A stretch of 64,000 nt of DNA from the human T2T-CHM13v2.0 reference genome, Homo sapiens: the NCBI RefSeq assembly GCF_009914755.1, contig NC_060927.1; one strand, written 5' to 3'. A program made the translations under genes and the position numbers. Positions 1 to 18,395 of this stretch are shown here, piece by piece; within the stretch, counting starts at the first letter, position 1; each line of letters starts with the position of its first letter. The notes below the pieces were generated by a model. That model was not told the origin of the DNA. It was given only the letters and a program-made list of their open reading frames with translations, and did not search any database.

Positions 1-703
1 GCAACTAGAATGCTGCTCAGCAGCACCTGTGATTTTCAGAACTTAAAGTGCAAATTTAATCATCCCACAAACGTTAAATTGTGTTTGAAAGAGTTTGGGC
101 AGTAGGAACAAATATTTAAAAAGAGGAAAAGGATAGTCTTTTTTAGTAACCAGAAAATTTGATCATGCAGGAAAACAAAGTTCACCTAAGCTTCATTTTA
201 TCTACTTCTATGATTAAAGATCAGGAAAGTATGCTTCATTTTTAGGAAGCATACCAGTAAATATTAACACATATATATTAACATGCTCAATTGTGACCGA
301 CAAATATTATGAGACTTCTAAGTTTAAGGGGGAAATAAAGACTTTGTTAATATCCAATAATGCAATACAGAAATTATATTTATGTTATGTGTAATAAATG
401 TTTTCATAATATTGAATAGACTTTTTCATACAAAGATGAAGACCCATTCACCAAATTACTGACTTCTGTATTATACTCTGAAAAAAATCAATAAATCATT
501 TAAGCTTGCTCTCTAGTTCTAGACACATTTATTTTGCAAGTTGGCCTGTCTAAATTGTGATAGACTAGAACGCAAATAAAGTAGGTCTCTCATTTCATGA
601 CTACTCTACTGCCCACACCTCCCCTTCTCCTGATAAAGTCAATCAGAAGCTCCTGAGAAGAGTCTAATTTTTACCAAAAATATTTTCACCACAAGTATTT
701 TAG

Positions 704-1000
704 GGCTGCGTACAGTGGCTCATGCCTGTGATATCAGGCACGTTGGGAAGCCAAGGAGGGAGGATCGCTTGAGCCCAGGGAGTTCAAGGCTAGCCTGGGC
801 AACATAGAGTGACACCAGCTCCACAAAAAAATTAAAAAATTAGCCATCCATGGTGGCATGCGCCTGGGGTTCCAGCTATTCAGGAGGCTGCTGGGAGGAT
901 TGGGAGGATTGCTTGAACCCAGGAATGCGAGGCTGCAGTGAGCGGTGATTGCACTGCACTCCAGTCTGGGCAACAGAGTGAAACCCCGTCCAAAAAAAGA
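704..1000 (+). mobile_element. Alu (AluJ-like)
   Basis: Dimeric Alu with J-type 'gaggatcgcttgagcccaggg'; short A tail; flanked by aagtatttt direct repeat. Confidence 0.93.
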
Positions 1001-1331
1001 AAGTATTTTTATTTTCTTTTACTCAAACCTTTGGCTATCTGTAATATATATAAAGCAAGAATAGTGTAATTAATGATAATGCAAAAGAAAAGTAATAATG
1101 ATACTGGTGACTTTTTATAACAATTTTTAGAATATATAAATAAAAATTAGCAGCATAAGAAATGCTTAATTCAATATAATTAAATATGAGAGAATATCCT
1201 TCAGGAGAGAAAACTTAAATATAGCATTTTATAATATTAAACCTTTACAAGGTTCAGTTCATGGGTTTTTAAAATTGTTTTGTTAGGATCAAATTATACA
1301 CTTTGACAAAGAGGTCATTTCTATACTGAAA

Positions 1332-1352
1332 AACAACAACAACAACAACAAA
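1332..1352. repeat. (AAC)n microsatellite
   Basis: aacaacaacaacaacaacaa. Confidence 0.85.
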
Positions 1353-2394
1353 TAACCAAAAGCCAGTAAATAATATCAAAACTCCCAAAAAACGATCCTG
1401 ATGCACACCAACAGCTTCAGATAAGACAGAAAATCCCAGCTCAAGATAGGTCTTGCAACATAATGAGAGGAAAAAAATGATAAGAAATGGCTTAATCAAA
1501 TTCCTTTACAATAATTAGTTCGATTTTACCAAAGAGAATAATTAGCCATGGTTTAAACTAACCAGATATATATATCTGCTGTAACTATTAGATTAAAATC
1601 AGTGATTTTCCAGAATATCTCCTTTGAAAGTAGTATGCAGATAACATCTCATAGAATAAAGATGATCTAAAAACTCAGATGACCATTTACCAAAAATAAT
1701 TGTTAAACCTTCATTATGTACAAGAAATTAAAGGTAGTATTAGATGAACGTAATACAATCCATCAATACAAATTGCAGTTTAAAATATTTTCTCAATAAT
1801 ATCTAATGTGTACAGCAAAAAAAAATTAACAAAAATATCCTTATATAGCAGTGAATAAAATTGGAATAAAATCCTTTTTAGAGCTTTATATAATGACCTG
1901 TGGTAGCTTGCAGTCTCCCTCCAGCTTTTACTTCCAACTCAACATAAATTTGAATCCAAATTATCAATCTTTCTGTCCTCATTCTGGTAACTTAATACAC
2001 CTGGATCTAACTATAAATGTTATTTTCTTTTTGTATTTGAAACCTGCAGTTCTCAGAGATTGCGAAGGAAACAAATCAAGGTTGAGCTTAAAGAAAAAAA
2101 AAAAAAAGCTTCAGTACAGTTGCAAATTCATAATGGGCCCTTTTAGTCCCCTATTCAGCATAATTCCTGCTGACTTCTGAAGAGATGCAATTCCTTGCCC
2201 CCGCCAATACCCCCCAAAAACACACAAACACACACCATAGGCCACAGTACCCAGAATAGAACCTATGGTAATCAAAAAGAAAAATAACTGCTCACTTGTT
2301 GAACAGGATTAACAGTCCTCCTTGTTTCTGAAGTTTACTAGAGGTTTTCTGTTATTAAAACACTGCATTTTAGGCAACCCATTAGGAGCAAAAC

Positions 2395-3040
2395 TACAGC
2401 ATCATTTCAATAGATTCAGAAAAACTATTCTGACATTCAACACCACTCATGATTTTTAAATTGAAAAAAAAACTTTTTACTAGAACTAGAAGAAAACCAC
2501 CTTAATGTGATCAAGGGAAATAAATGTATCTTTCCAAAATTCTACAGGAAACATAATACACAATGGTGACACATTAGAAGCACTGCCCTTTAATCAGTTC
2601 AAAACCAGCCTGGCCAACATTGCGAAACCCCGTCTCTACTAAAAATACAAAAATTAACCAGGCATGGTGGCGCGTGCCTGTAATCCCAGATACTAGGGGG
2701 GCTGAGGCAGGAGGATCGCTTGAACCTGGGAGGTAGAGGTTGTGGTGAGCCGAGTTCTTGCCACTGCACTCCAGCCCAGACAACAGAGCGAGACTCTGTC
2801 TCAAAAACGAAAACAAAAAAGAGTAAGACACAGATGCCCATTATCATCACTTTTACTCAACTGTAATAAAACTTCAAGATAGCACAGTAAGATCAAAAAA
2901 AGAAACAAAATACATAATGAGTAAAAAGGGGGAAAAAATTGCCATATTTTCTGACATGATCGTCACTTTAGGATACCCAAGAGGATCTATAGGCACTTTA
3001 GTAAGATAATTCAGAAGCTTTGGTGAATATATACGTAAAA
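2395..3040 (+). mobile_element. Ancient L1M ORF2 (RT) fragment, split by an Alu
   Basis: Degenerate matches to L1 ORF2 coding for [18 protein letters not shown] and [12 protein letters not shown] motifs. Confidence 0.7.
2596..2822 (+). mobile_element. 5'-truncated Alu (AluS-like)
   Basis: Begins at 'agttcaaaaccagcctggccaac'; full right arm and A-rich tail. Confidence 0.92.
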
Positions 3041-3959
3041 ATTAGGTTCCTGATTTTCATTTAGTATGTCTGCTTTCCCTAATATCCATGATTATTCCTT
3101 TCCTTTTCATTTGTCTTCTTCAGTTGGGTTAACTCTTCATTAAGAGTCACAAAATTAGAATTACACAATATATTAAATGCTAACGTGTGACAAAAGTGGA
3201 AATAACATTTCTTTCTCCCTTCTCAGAAGATCTGTTGTATTTTCATCGCTTTCTACTCCTATACCAAATTGCTTCTGTAATTACAATAAACTTTTAGTTG
3301 CCATTTTGGCCAGATCATGGGGGGTTGAGGAGCAGGGGGATTCTAAAATATATCCAATATATCCTGTTTCTTTCCTGAATCAGCATAAACCAGTCACAAA
3401 TCATTATTCTTAGCAAACCAGCCCAATTTACTTAAGAGTATCACTTTGTAGCTGCCAAAAGTGAGAGCAGTTTGCCAACTCCCCACCCAGCTCTGCAGCC
3501 TCCAGTGGTATTCCTACACTTATTCCTTACCATTTGTTTAACCACTATTTTGCTTCCTAGATCTCAGAATCATCTGGAAATCTGCAATGTTTTACAACAT
3601 GCTTTCAGAAGATTCCCATGTTTATGCACACCATTCCATTCAAAAGGGCCTAATTACCATACTTTTTATTTCCTATCCCTAATTGCTTCCAATCCAAGAT
3701 GGATTTTTTGAAATTATCATTTAGTTATTTCACATTTTATGAACTTTTTCAAAGTCTAGCAAAATATTAGTATTAGCTGCTTACTTAACTGGTCAAAAAC
3801 TATCCTCACTTTCTGTATGGGACATCTGTTTTTAACATTATCTTAAGAGTACAAACTCCTTGTTATACAACTCCTGCCCTTTTAGAATTACAAAAAATGT
3901 TCTCTGAATGGTTCAAATGTGATGAATGTCCTTCCCCAAGCCTTTATACTCCTTGATTA

Positions 3960-4725
3960 CACTGTAGCCCTAATAACCAGGACCTCTTTCCTAAAATTTT
4001 CTTCCTCTTGTTTCTATAATTTTTCTTTCCAACCACCGACCTGACCTGTCAGCTTCTGACTCTTTTTCTAATGTCACCACTTTATGAACACATAGGGGTT
4101 CTCCAAGCTCTATCTTTGGCTACCTGTTTTCTCACCTTATCTTTTTTGGGGGTTTGGGGAAGAAGTTTCATAGTCCCATTCAAATTTCATGCCTTCAACT
4201 ATCATCCTCTGAGGAAGTTTCCCAAATTTTTATCTATAGTTCTGGCCTGGATCCCAAGACCCATACCACAGCTGGCAAGGACACAACACCCAAGAGACAC
4301 GTTGCCAGTTGCCTATACACAGCCTAAAAGGACTTCTCAACACAGCCTTGGACAGTCAGTATATTATCAGAGGAAACTAGGACTGAAGAAGAAACCCACT
4401 CACCACTTCCAATCATTCCCTAAATGTCTCTACCTGACATTCCATACCACCAACTTATACTCAGTATCTCAAACAAACAACTCATTATCTTTCCCCAAAA
4501 CCTTTACTCTACATATGTCATCTTGTGGGGAAATCTTGTGAGTCTTCAGTAATTCTCTCTTCTGTACATTCAGATTCAAGCTGTTGCCCATTTTTATCGA
4601 GTAACATTATAGTATCTCTCAAATGTGTCTTTCATTTTCCAATATCATATCCAAATATAAGCATTGAATATCTCTTGACTAAGCTGCTAAAGCTGCTAGC
4701 TTCCTAACTAGTCATCTCATCTGGC
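3960..4725 (+). mobile_element. L2 LINE fragment
   Basis: 'ggggttctccaagctctatctttggc' resembles L2 GVPQGSVLGP coding; 'catgccttcaactatcatc' and 'ctcattatctttcccc' are L2-like. Confidence 0.6.
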
Positions 4726-4740
4726 GTCTCTTCCCACTTT

Positions 4741-5032
<292 letters not shown>

Positions 5033-5280
5033 TCTTCCCACTTTTTCAATCTCATTAAGTGCTGCAAAAGTAATCTGATCTCTTACTAATAAGCACTCAG
5101 CGACCACCCAAATTCCTTATTCTTGCAATCAGTATCTTTAACAAGATAGTTTAAGGTTACTTCTAATCTTACTTGTATGTCTCTATGTAAAGATGGCTAT
5201 AATTGGTAGAATAAATACAGACATATAAATCATGATGTTTCTTCTAGCAGAAAGTCGCTCCTTTAAACTAGAGAAAATTG

Positions 5281-5572
<292 letters not shown>

Positions 5573-5599
5573 AAACTAGAGAAAACTGGAGGGCATGGA

Positions 5600-6340
5600 G
5601 AGAGAAGTTCAACAGAACTTGATAATGAAGTGAATAATGATAATGATGATGAATGAAAAAAGAAAAATCAAAAATGAATCTTAAATTTCTAGCTCATGCA
5701 GTGGGTTATATGATGATACTAAAAAAGGGAGGTGTCTGGGGAGGGATTAGAACTTATATTGTAAAGTGACTTTGACATCTCAAAGTGAAAATGGATAGAA
5801 TATGGGCAGACATAAATCCTGATCTCAGAAGACAAGTGTTGACTAGAGATGTCACTCTTAGAATAAATGTAATAGAGATGATACTTTAAGCCTCAAATGT
5901 GTTTAAAGATCTAGAACAAATAGAGTTTAAAAGAAGAGAGAATGGAATTTTAAAAGAAGAGGCCTAGAACATGCCGATGTTAGAAGTCAAGCAGAGAAGG
6001 GAGAACTAATGGAGAAGACTAAGAAGAAATAACCTGAAGAATGTGACGTTTACAGCAGCCAAGAAGGAAAAGTATACTTAGATGAAGGCATGATCAGCAA
6101 TGCTGAATGATATTAAGAGGAAAAGCAAGATGAAGATGGGGGGACAAAAGACCCATTAGATTTAGCATTTTTAAGTCTCAATAGCAACTTTAGTTGGCAC
6201 CTGTTTGGACAACTGAGAAACCAGAGTGGAGTGCTATCCTATAAGGAGTAACAATGGGAGATGAGAAAATAAAGATGAAAAGGTAGCAAAGTAGAGATAA
6301 GTCCTTCAAAAAAGTTGCCTGTAAAAAGAAAGTGAAATGA
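5600..6340 (-). mobile_element. L2 LINE fragment
   Basis: Purine-rich plus strand with typical reverse-L2 motifs (gactagagat, atactttaagcc, ccattagatttagca). Confidence 0.6.
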
Positions 6341-6566
6341 TATGGAGGATTCTATGTTATAATGCCTATAAAATGCTAAGAATAATGCATTATCTCAAGT
6401 AGTTCTATCTTTTCTACCACTGATAGTTCTCACTAAACATTATTCATCCACACTAACTTCAGGAACAATGCAAGGATGCCCAATACTACTCTATTCTGAA
6501 TATTATTTGTTGATGAAATTAGGCTAGAGAACACTGAAAATATTAAGAAATAAGAATTGAAAAGAA

Positions 6567-6862
6567 GGCAGGGCACAGTGGCTCACCCCTAATCCTAGCA
6601 TACTGGGAGGCCAAGCGAGTAGACTGCTTGAGCCCAGGAGTAGGAGACCAGCCTGGGTAACATGGTGAAACGCCTTATCTACAAAAAATAAAAAAATTAG
6701 CTGGGTGTGGTGGTGTGTACCTGTAGTCCCAGTTACTTGGAAGGCTGAGGTGGGAGAATCACTTGAGCCCCAGGGGTCTAGGCTACAGTATGCCATGATT
6801 GTGCCACTGTACTCCAGCCTGGGTGACAGACTAAGACACCGTCTCAAAAAAAAAAAAAAAAA
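6567..6862 (+). mobile_element. Alu (AluJ-like)
   Basis: Full dimer; TSD aagaattgaaaagaag. Confidence 0.95.
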
Positions 6863-6893
6863 AGAATTGAAAAGAAGAAATAAAATGAGTAGA

Positions 6894-7203
<310 letters not shown>

Positions 7204-7649
7204 AACTAGTAGAGAAAATAATTATACATAGAAGAACTAGAAAAGAAGAAATAAAACTATTTTCAGATGACCTGAGGGAATACCTGGGAAATCCTAGAAA
7301 ACTGAAAATAAAACTCAATAAACAAAAGAATTCAGCAAGGTAGCAGGATACAAAATGAACACGAAAAAAAAACAGTTACACTTCTATACACAAGTAACAA
7401 TTAGAATACATAAGGGATGAGAAAGCCCCCTTTTCTTTTTTTTTTTTTTTTATTAAAGTTCTAGGGTACATGTGCACAACATGCAAATTTGTTACATATG
7501 TATACATGTGCCATGTTGGTTTGCTGCACCCCTCAACAAGTCATTTACATTACATATTTCTCCTAATGATATCCCTTCCCCAACCCCTCACCCCACAACA
7601 GACCCCGGTGTGTGATGTTCCCTTCCCTGTGTCCAAGTGTTCTCATTGT

Positions 7650-11476
<3,827 letters not shown>

Positions 11477-11539
11477 TATGATGTTCACTGGTTATTTTGC
11501 CCGTTAATTGATGCAGTTTCTTCATAGCATTGATGGTTT

Positions 11540-12573
11540 TTACAATTTGGCATGTTTTTGCAGTTGCTCATATCGTTGTTTCTTTCCATGTTTACTGCTT
11601 CCTTCAGGAGCTCGCTCTTGTAAGGGAGGCCTGGTGATGACAAAATCTCTCAGCATTTAGTTGTGAAGGATTTTATTTCTCCTTCACTTATGAAGCTTAG
11701 TTTGGTTGGATATGAAATTCTGGGTTGAAAATTCTTTAAGAATGTTGAATATTGGCTCCCACTCTCTTCTGGCTTATAGGGTTTCTGCCGAGAGATCCGC
11801 TGTTAGTCTGATGGGCTCCCCTTTGTGGGTAACTCGACCTTTCTGTCTGGCTGCCCTTAACATTTTTTCCTTCATTTCAACCTTGGTGAATCTGACAATT
11901 ATATGTCTTGGGGTTGCTCTTCTCAAGAATTTTTCCAAGGAGTATCTTTGTGGTGTTCTCTGTATTTCCTGAATTTGAATGTTGGCCTGCCTTGCTAGGT
12001 TGGGGAAGTTCTCCTGGATAATATCCTGAAGACTGTTTTCCAACTTGGGTCCATTCTCCATGTCAGCTTCAGGTACACCAATCAAACGTAGATTTGGTCT
12101 TTGCACACAGTCCCATATTTCTTGTAGGCTTCGTTTGCTTCTTTTTACTCTTTTCTTCTCTAAACTTGTCTTCTCGCTTTATTTCATTAATTTGATCTTC
12201 AATCACTGATACCCTTTCTTCCACTTGATCAAATCTGCTATTGAAGCTTGTGCGTGCATCACGAAGTTCTCGTGCCATGGTTTTCAGCTCCATCAGGTCA
12301 TTTAAGGTCTTCTCTATGCTGTTTATTCTAGTTAGCCATTCGTCTAACCTTTTTTCAAGGTTTTTAGCTTCCTTGCGATGTGTTAGAGCATGGCTCCTTT
12401 AGCTCAAAGAAGTTTGTTATTACTGACCTTCTGAAGCCTACTTCTGTCAACTCATCAAAGTCTTCCTCCATACAGCTTTATTCTGTTGCTGGCAAGGAGC
12501 TGCGATGTTTTGGAGGAGAACAGGCGCTCCAGTTTTTAGAACTTTCAGCTTTTCTGCTCTGGTTTCTCCCCAT
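11540..12573 (-). pseudogene. Disrupted L1 ORF1
   Basis: ATG at 12573 (MGRNQSRK-like); fragments RPNLRLIGVPE and RATPRHIIVRFTKVEMKEKMLRAAR; frameshifted. Confidence 0.93.
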
Positions 12574-13570
12574 CTTTGTGGTTTTATCTACCTTTGGTCT
12601 TTGATGTTGGTGACCTGCAGATGGGGTTTTGGTGTAGATGTCCTTTTTGTTGGTGTTGATGCTATTCCTTTCTGTTTGTTAGTTTTCCTTCTAACAGGTC
12701 CCTCAGCTGCAGGTCTGTTGGAGTTTGCTGGAGGTCCACTCCAGACTCTGTTTGCCTGGGTATCACCAGTGGAGGCTGCAGAACAGCAATTATTGCTGCC
12801 TGATCCTTCCTCTGGAAGCTTCATCCCAGAGGGGCACCCGCCTGTATGAGGTGTCTGTCGGCCCATACTGGGAGATGTCTCCCAGTTAGGCTACATGGGG
12901 GTCAGGGACCAACTTGAGTAGGCAGTCTGTCCATTCTCAGAGCTTAAATGCTGTGCTGGGAGAACCACTGCTCTCTTCAGAGCTGTTAGACAGGGACGTT
13001 TAAGTCTACAGAAGTTTCTGCTGCCTTTTCTTCAGCTATGCCCTCCCCACAGAGGTGGAGTCTATAGAGGCAATAGAACTTGCTGAGCTGCACTGGGCTC
13101 TGCCCAGTTCGAGCTTCCCGGCTGCTTTGTTTTCCTACTTAAGCCTCAGCAATGGGGGACGCCCCTCCCCCAGCCAGGCTGCACCCTCGTTGTTAGATCT
13201 CAGACTGCTGTGCTAGCAGTGAGCAAAGCTCCATGGGCATGGGACCTGCTGAGCCAGGAATGGGAGAGAATCTCCTGGTCTGCTGGTTACTAAGGCCATG
13301 GGAAAATCACAGTATTTGGGTGGGAGTGTCCCGTTTTTCCAGGTATAGTCTGTCACGGCTTCCCTTGGCTAAGAAAGGGAAATCCTCGACCCCTTGCACT
13401 TTCCAGTTGAGGTGATGCCCCGCCTTGCTTCAGCTCACCCTCCATGGGCTGCACCCACTGTCCAACCAGTCCCAGTGAGATGAACCAGGTACCTCAGTTG
13501 GAAATGCAGATATCACCCGTCTTCTGCATTCATCACACTTGGAGCTGCAGACCGGAGCTGTTCCTATTCA

Positions 13571-13578
13571 GCCATCTT
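13571..13578 (-). promoter_or_regulatory. YY1 site of the L1 5' UTR internal promoter
   Basis: gccatctt (AAGATGGC on minus) at the L1 5' end. Confidence 0.75.
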
Positions 13579-14685
13579 GGAATGGAATTTTTTCAGAAAG
13601 CCCCTTTTTAATAGTAATTTTAAAAAGTAAAATATTTAGGAATAAACAGAAATGTTCAAAACCTACATAAAGAAAAATAAACATTCTTAAAACATAGAAA
13701 AGTAGGACTGTACAACTGAAAAAGAAATACCCTGTCCTTGGTTAGAACATCTCAACATCAATAGGTCACAAACTTACAAATCATAAAGCTTTTTACGGAG
13801 TTAGACAAGTTGATACTGAAGTTCAAATGGAAAAAGTTCAAGAAAAACTGGGAAATACTGAAAATAAATAGATATGAGGGGACTATCTCATTAACACATA
13901 CTACAAGCATTAAAACATACTACAAAGCTGCTATAATGAAAACAGTGTAGGACTGCTACATGAACAGGCAGAACAGTGCAAATGAACAGAAAATCCAGAA
14001 ATAAATTCCACTACAGATAGAAATCTAATATCTGTAAAGGTGATATAATAAATCATTAGCACAGTTATAGTCATTTTAAACAATAGACGAGAAAAAAAGA
14101 TAAAATTCAATGTTTCTCATATCATACATAAAAATAAACTGCAAATGGATCAGAGATCTAATCATAAGAAAACTACAAGTACTTTTTAAAAGTGCAGGGA
14201 GCAGGAGAGAGGGATTCTTCCTATAAACTAAGAATTCATAAAAGAAAACGCTTTCTCAATAGAACTAAAGTACAGATATAAAATTTCGCAGGACAAAAAT
14301 ACATGAGAAGCAACATCAAAAAACAGGTAACAAACTGGAAGGAAACATTTGCAACATATATCACAGATAAATGCCTAATATCCCTACAAAGAACTTCTAA
14401 AACTGGGGGGAAAGCCCAAATATCCTATGGAAAGTTGCTCTTATACATATGAAAAGACATTCAAATCCACACATAAAAGATGAATGCAAATTAAATGTAC
14501 CCAAAATTCCATTTCTCACCTATCACTTGGCAAAAATGGAAGTTTCACCATGCACTCTGTTTGCAAGGCTGTAGGGAAACAAGCACTCTCATACACTGCA
14601 GCAGGGAAGGCAAAATGTTACAGCCCCCATGCAGGGAACTGGGCAATATTCTAATAAAACTAAGTAAGTATTTGCCCTTTGAACC

Positions 14686-14826
14686 TTTTTGCCGTTGTTG
14701 TTAGCAACAAAGTCTCACTCTGTCACCCAGATTGGAGTGTAATAGCTCACTGCAGCCTTGAACTCCTGGGCTCAGGGGATCCTCTCAAGTAGCTGGGATT
14801 ACAGGGGCAAGCCACTACACCGGGCT
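14686..14826 (-). mobile_element. Alu monomer (FLAM/FRAM-like)
   Basis: Single Alu arm; TSD agtatttgccc(t/c)tt(g/c)aacc. Confidence 0.85.
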
Positions 14827-16577
14827 TAGTATTTGCCCCTTCAACCAGCAATCCCATTTCCAGGAATTTGCCCTGAAGATACACCTGTAAAACTACGAAA
14901 GTAAGTATCATTGCAGCATATTTGTAATTGTAAAATAGTGGAAACTACTTAAATGCGCAAGCATAAGAGATTGGTTGAAGAAACTACGGCACACACAAAG
15001 TAGTAAGCACCTGCAAAAACGAATGAGGAAAATCTCTACAAACTTATATGAGGTAATTTCCAAGAGATACTGATACATGAAAAAAGTGAACTGCAAAAGA
15101 ACATATATGCTACTTTTTAGGTAAAAACAAGAAAAATAAGACAACATAAATATCTCTGCGTTATCTTTATAAAAATAAGTAAAGCCCAGAAAACAATAAA
15201 ATTGGTTTCCTACAAAGTATGGGGTGGAATGGGGAGGAAGGAGTGACAATTTTCTGAGTATACCTTTTTGTACAGTTTTACTTTTTGGAAAAGTAAATAA
15301 TTTCCTATATATTCAAAAAATTAAATCAATAAGGATGTAAAGAAAGGGGGCACAAAAGCTGAAAGAAAACTAATACAAGTGAACTATATTTCAAATTAAT
15401 ATCATAAACACACTTAAGGAATAAGAAAGAAAGAACTAAGTAATTATGAGAACAGTATTTGGTTACATACCCACAGGAATGAGTACAAAAAGGAGGGAGA
15501 ACTTCAAACAAATTTCAAACTTTTTTTGGTATGTTTGTTTCTTATATGATTAACCAATCTTGAAACTGTTTTAGATCTATTATTTAGTTGAACAAAAAAG
15601 TAAATGTGTTGATACTGTTGGAAGCCAAGGTTCTCACTGTGAAAGACGGGACATATAAATATGAGAAGCAAGCAAGCAAGAAACCTGTGTGGATGGATTA
15701 GAATTAGAGAAACTGGTATATCTCTAAATAAAAAAAAATGCAGATGTATGTGTCCATGTATGTTTTTCAATATGCATTTGTGTATATATGTATAAATACA
15801 GATGCATGTGTATACATAAAGCTTATATATTTCCTACCTCTGTCCTCTAAAAGGGCCTAAAAGCCAAGACCCAGTAGCAATCAACACACTAGTGCCAAGA
15901 TCTTGTTCGCTAATATTATTCCCACTAAAAACAATCAGAGCTCCTCAGAGAAATGGCTGCTTCCAAAGCTGGGGCAAAACAGATAAAAGATAATCCTGCA
16001 ACAACTTCTTTTGTCAGAAATTAAGGAAGCACTGAAATATGTGATGGAGGACTGTCATGCACTTCAACTAACCAAACCTGGGCAATTTGAGTACCAAAAG
16101 CTCTATGACTTCTAAAGCTGTTTGGTCTTCCCAATCTTACCTTTTGAAATTCTGTCCCATAATTGTCCTTTCCTCTGTTTCCCCTAACCAGAGACATCTA
16201 TCACTACAGTTGTGTCCTGTCTCTAGCACTCCATGATATAGTATTCTCGCTAACTTTTTTTTTTTTTTAAACAAATCCACAAGGAAAATTCTATGTTCTG
16301 GATTCTAGCTCTTGTACATTTATCAGAATGTACTATGCTCACTCCAATAAGCAACTAGAGGGCAGACTGTATATTTTACACTATTGTTTGCCCAAGGCCA
16401 AGTACAGAGCCTATTCTTTATTAGCAATTTGGTAAACATTTATTCAACTGAAATGTTTAATTTATCCCATTGCTCATGGTTTTCCTCTTTCCAGCAAACA
16501 CTAAGAACAGTCAGTTTTCTTCCTTTCATTCATCCATCAAATCTGATTGGGATAAGTTCTATGCTCACTTTCTAATT

Positions 16578-16887
16578 AAGCAGTCACCAACCTTTTTGGC
16601 ACCAGGGACTGGCTTTGTGAAAGACAGTTTTTCCATGAATGGGAAGGGAGCTGGGGAGAGATGGTTTCGAAATCAAACTGTTACACCTCAGATCATCAGG
16701 CATCAGATTCTCATAAGGAATGAGCAATGTGGATCCCTCGCATACACAATTCGTAACAGGGTTTGCACACCCATGAGAATCTAATGCTGCTGCTGATCTA
16801 CTCACCATTCACCTCTTGCTGTGTGGCCCCATTCCTAACAGGCTGTGGACCGGTCCCAGTCCATGACCAGGGGATTGGGGACCCCTG
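16578..16887 (-). mobile_element. MER1 (hAT-Charlie MITE, MER1B-sized)
   Basis: Ends 'agcagtcaccaacctttttggcaccagggac' and 'gattggggacccctg'; 8-bp TSD ttctaatt/ttctaaat. Confidence 0.9.
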
Positions 16888-17149
16888 TTCTAAATGACTT
16901 CTCAGTTACTCCAATCCTCAAAAATGTCTGCATGTGTAGCCCCTTCAGTACACAAGAGTCTTATCAGTACCATTTATGCGTAGCAATATTGGAAAGTATG
17001 TTTTATGTGGTATAACATCACAATTTCAGAAGTTGTCCATATCTCTTATTTTGAGTAAGATAAATAAATGTGGAAAGAAGTCAGTTTGTGCACATGTTAA
17101 AGGAAAAAAATTAAGATTTTTTTTTTCTTAAAAAAAAAAAGGATGCTAT

Positions 17150-17352
17150 AGTCTAGTAAATTTGGGAAATACTGAATTGAACTAAGTTACTTACACCAGG
17201 TTCTCAGGTCTTTTAATACATCAACATATAATGGGATTCTCTTATGGGAAACAAAGTATTCAGTGCTTTCCGGATTTATGTGACCATGGGATCTTTACAC
17301 TCCAAGCATCTCCTGGAAAAAATATACCATAGAACACACTTTGGAAATGTTT
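17150..17352. mobile_element. hAT-Charlie fragment (MER103-like)
   Basis: 'aaatttgggaaatactgaatt' ... 'catagaacacactttggaaat'. Confidence 0.55.
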
Positions 17353-17690
17353 ACTACACTATGACTGGCAGAAAACATCTTAAGTACCTGTGAACATAAG
17401 AAGATACTGCCATGGCCAAAAGAAAACACCTGATTAATACTACCAGGGTGACATGAAGCTTTCTACATAATACACAAAGTAGCTACTGATTCAAATTGCA
17501 ATTGCTTAAAGACCAAAAGCCTATGAGCTCTAAATTAACTGTCTGTCTACTCCTGGGCCCCCAATAAAATTCTGGTGTGAGTTTCCACTTCCTCTCCCAA
17601 TTCTTGAACTACGGATAACCAACTCCACTATGAGCACCCCACAATTAAAACACACATACACACAGAGAAAATGAAAGGTCTGAATTATGG

Positions 17691-17857
17691 CAGTGCTTCT
17701 CAGAGTTTAATATTCATATGAATGACCTAGAAATTTTGATGAAACACAGATTCTGACTTAGTAGGTATGGGGTTAGGTCTCAGATTCTGCGTATCTAGGA
17801 CGCTCTCAGGTAACACCAATACTGTCTATGTACAGACCATAGTTTGGATAGTAAGTG
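17691..17857. mobile_element. MER5-family hAT MITE
   Basis: 'cagtgcttctcaga' start; core 'cagattctgacttagtaggtatggggttagg...gattctgc'. Confidence 0.8.
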
Positions 17858-18395
17858 TATAATGCGTATCAGGACAAAATGTTGAGGCCCCTAACTCATA
17901 TCCAATGGCTATGTCTTTCAAACTACTTTCTGAAGATTTGATTCTTCCATCGGAAAACAATTAACTTTCATTAACACAGAAACTGTACACAAAAACTGAA
18001 GATACACTTAAATCCCTATTATCTGCTGATGATTATGTTTTACTAGAAATGGCAGTTTCCTGCAGAGTGCCATAAAAGTACAATTATCTAAAATCATTTT
18101 TAGTCTAAATCTTCGTTCTACCTGTCTTTCCAAATGCCCATACCAACACAGAAGCACACTGACTTTCACGGCAGCCAGGAACTGTCTCCAATTGTACTGA
18201 CTTACAAGGCTGCAATTGTAGGCCCTGCCCCCAACCAAAAAAGACATGTATGAAGCCAGCATCTTTCTCAATGATTTACTGAAAGCAGCAGCTCATTTTA
18301 ATAAAACCATCCCAAAACATAAAATTGATTAAACCAACTGCTGTGTTGGGCATACATGACAGCTGATCAAAATCATTCAAGAATTTTATTCTTAC

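Noticed and set aside
1897-2043. Possible minus-strand exon in unique sequence
   Set aside because: Weak polypyrimidine tract and weak donor (GTCATT).
4071-4541. 156-aa plus-strand ORF
   Set aside because: Overlaps decayed L2; no recognisable domain or splice context.
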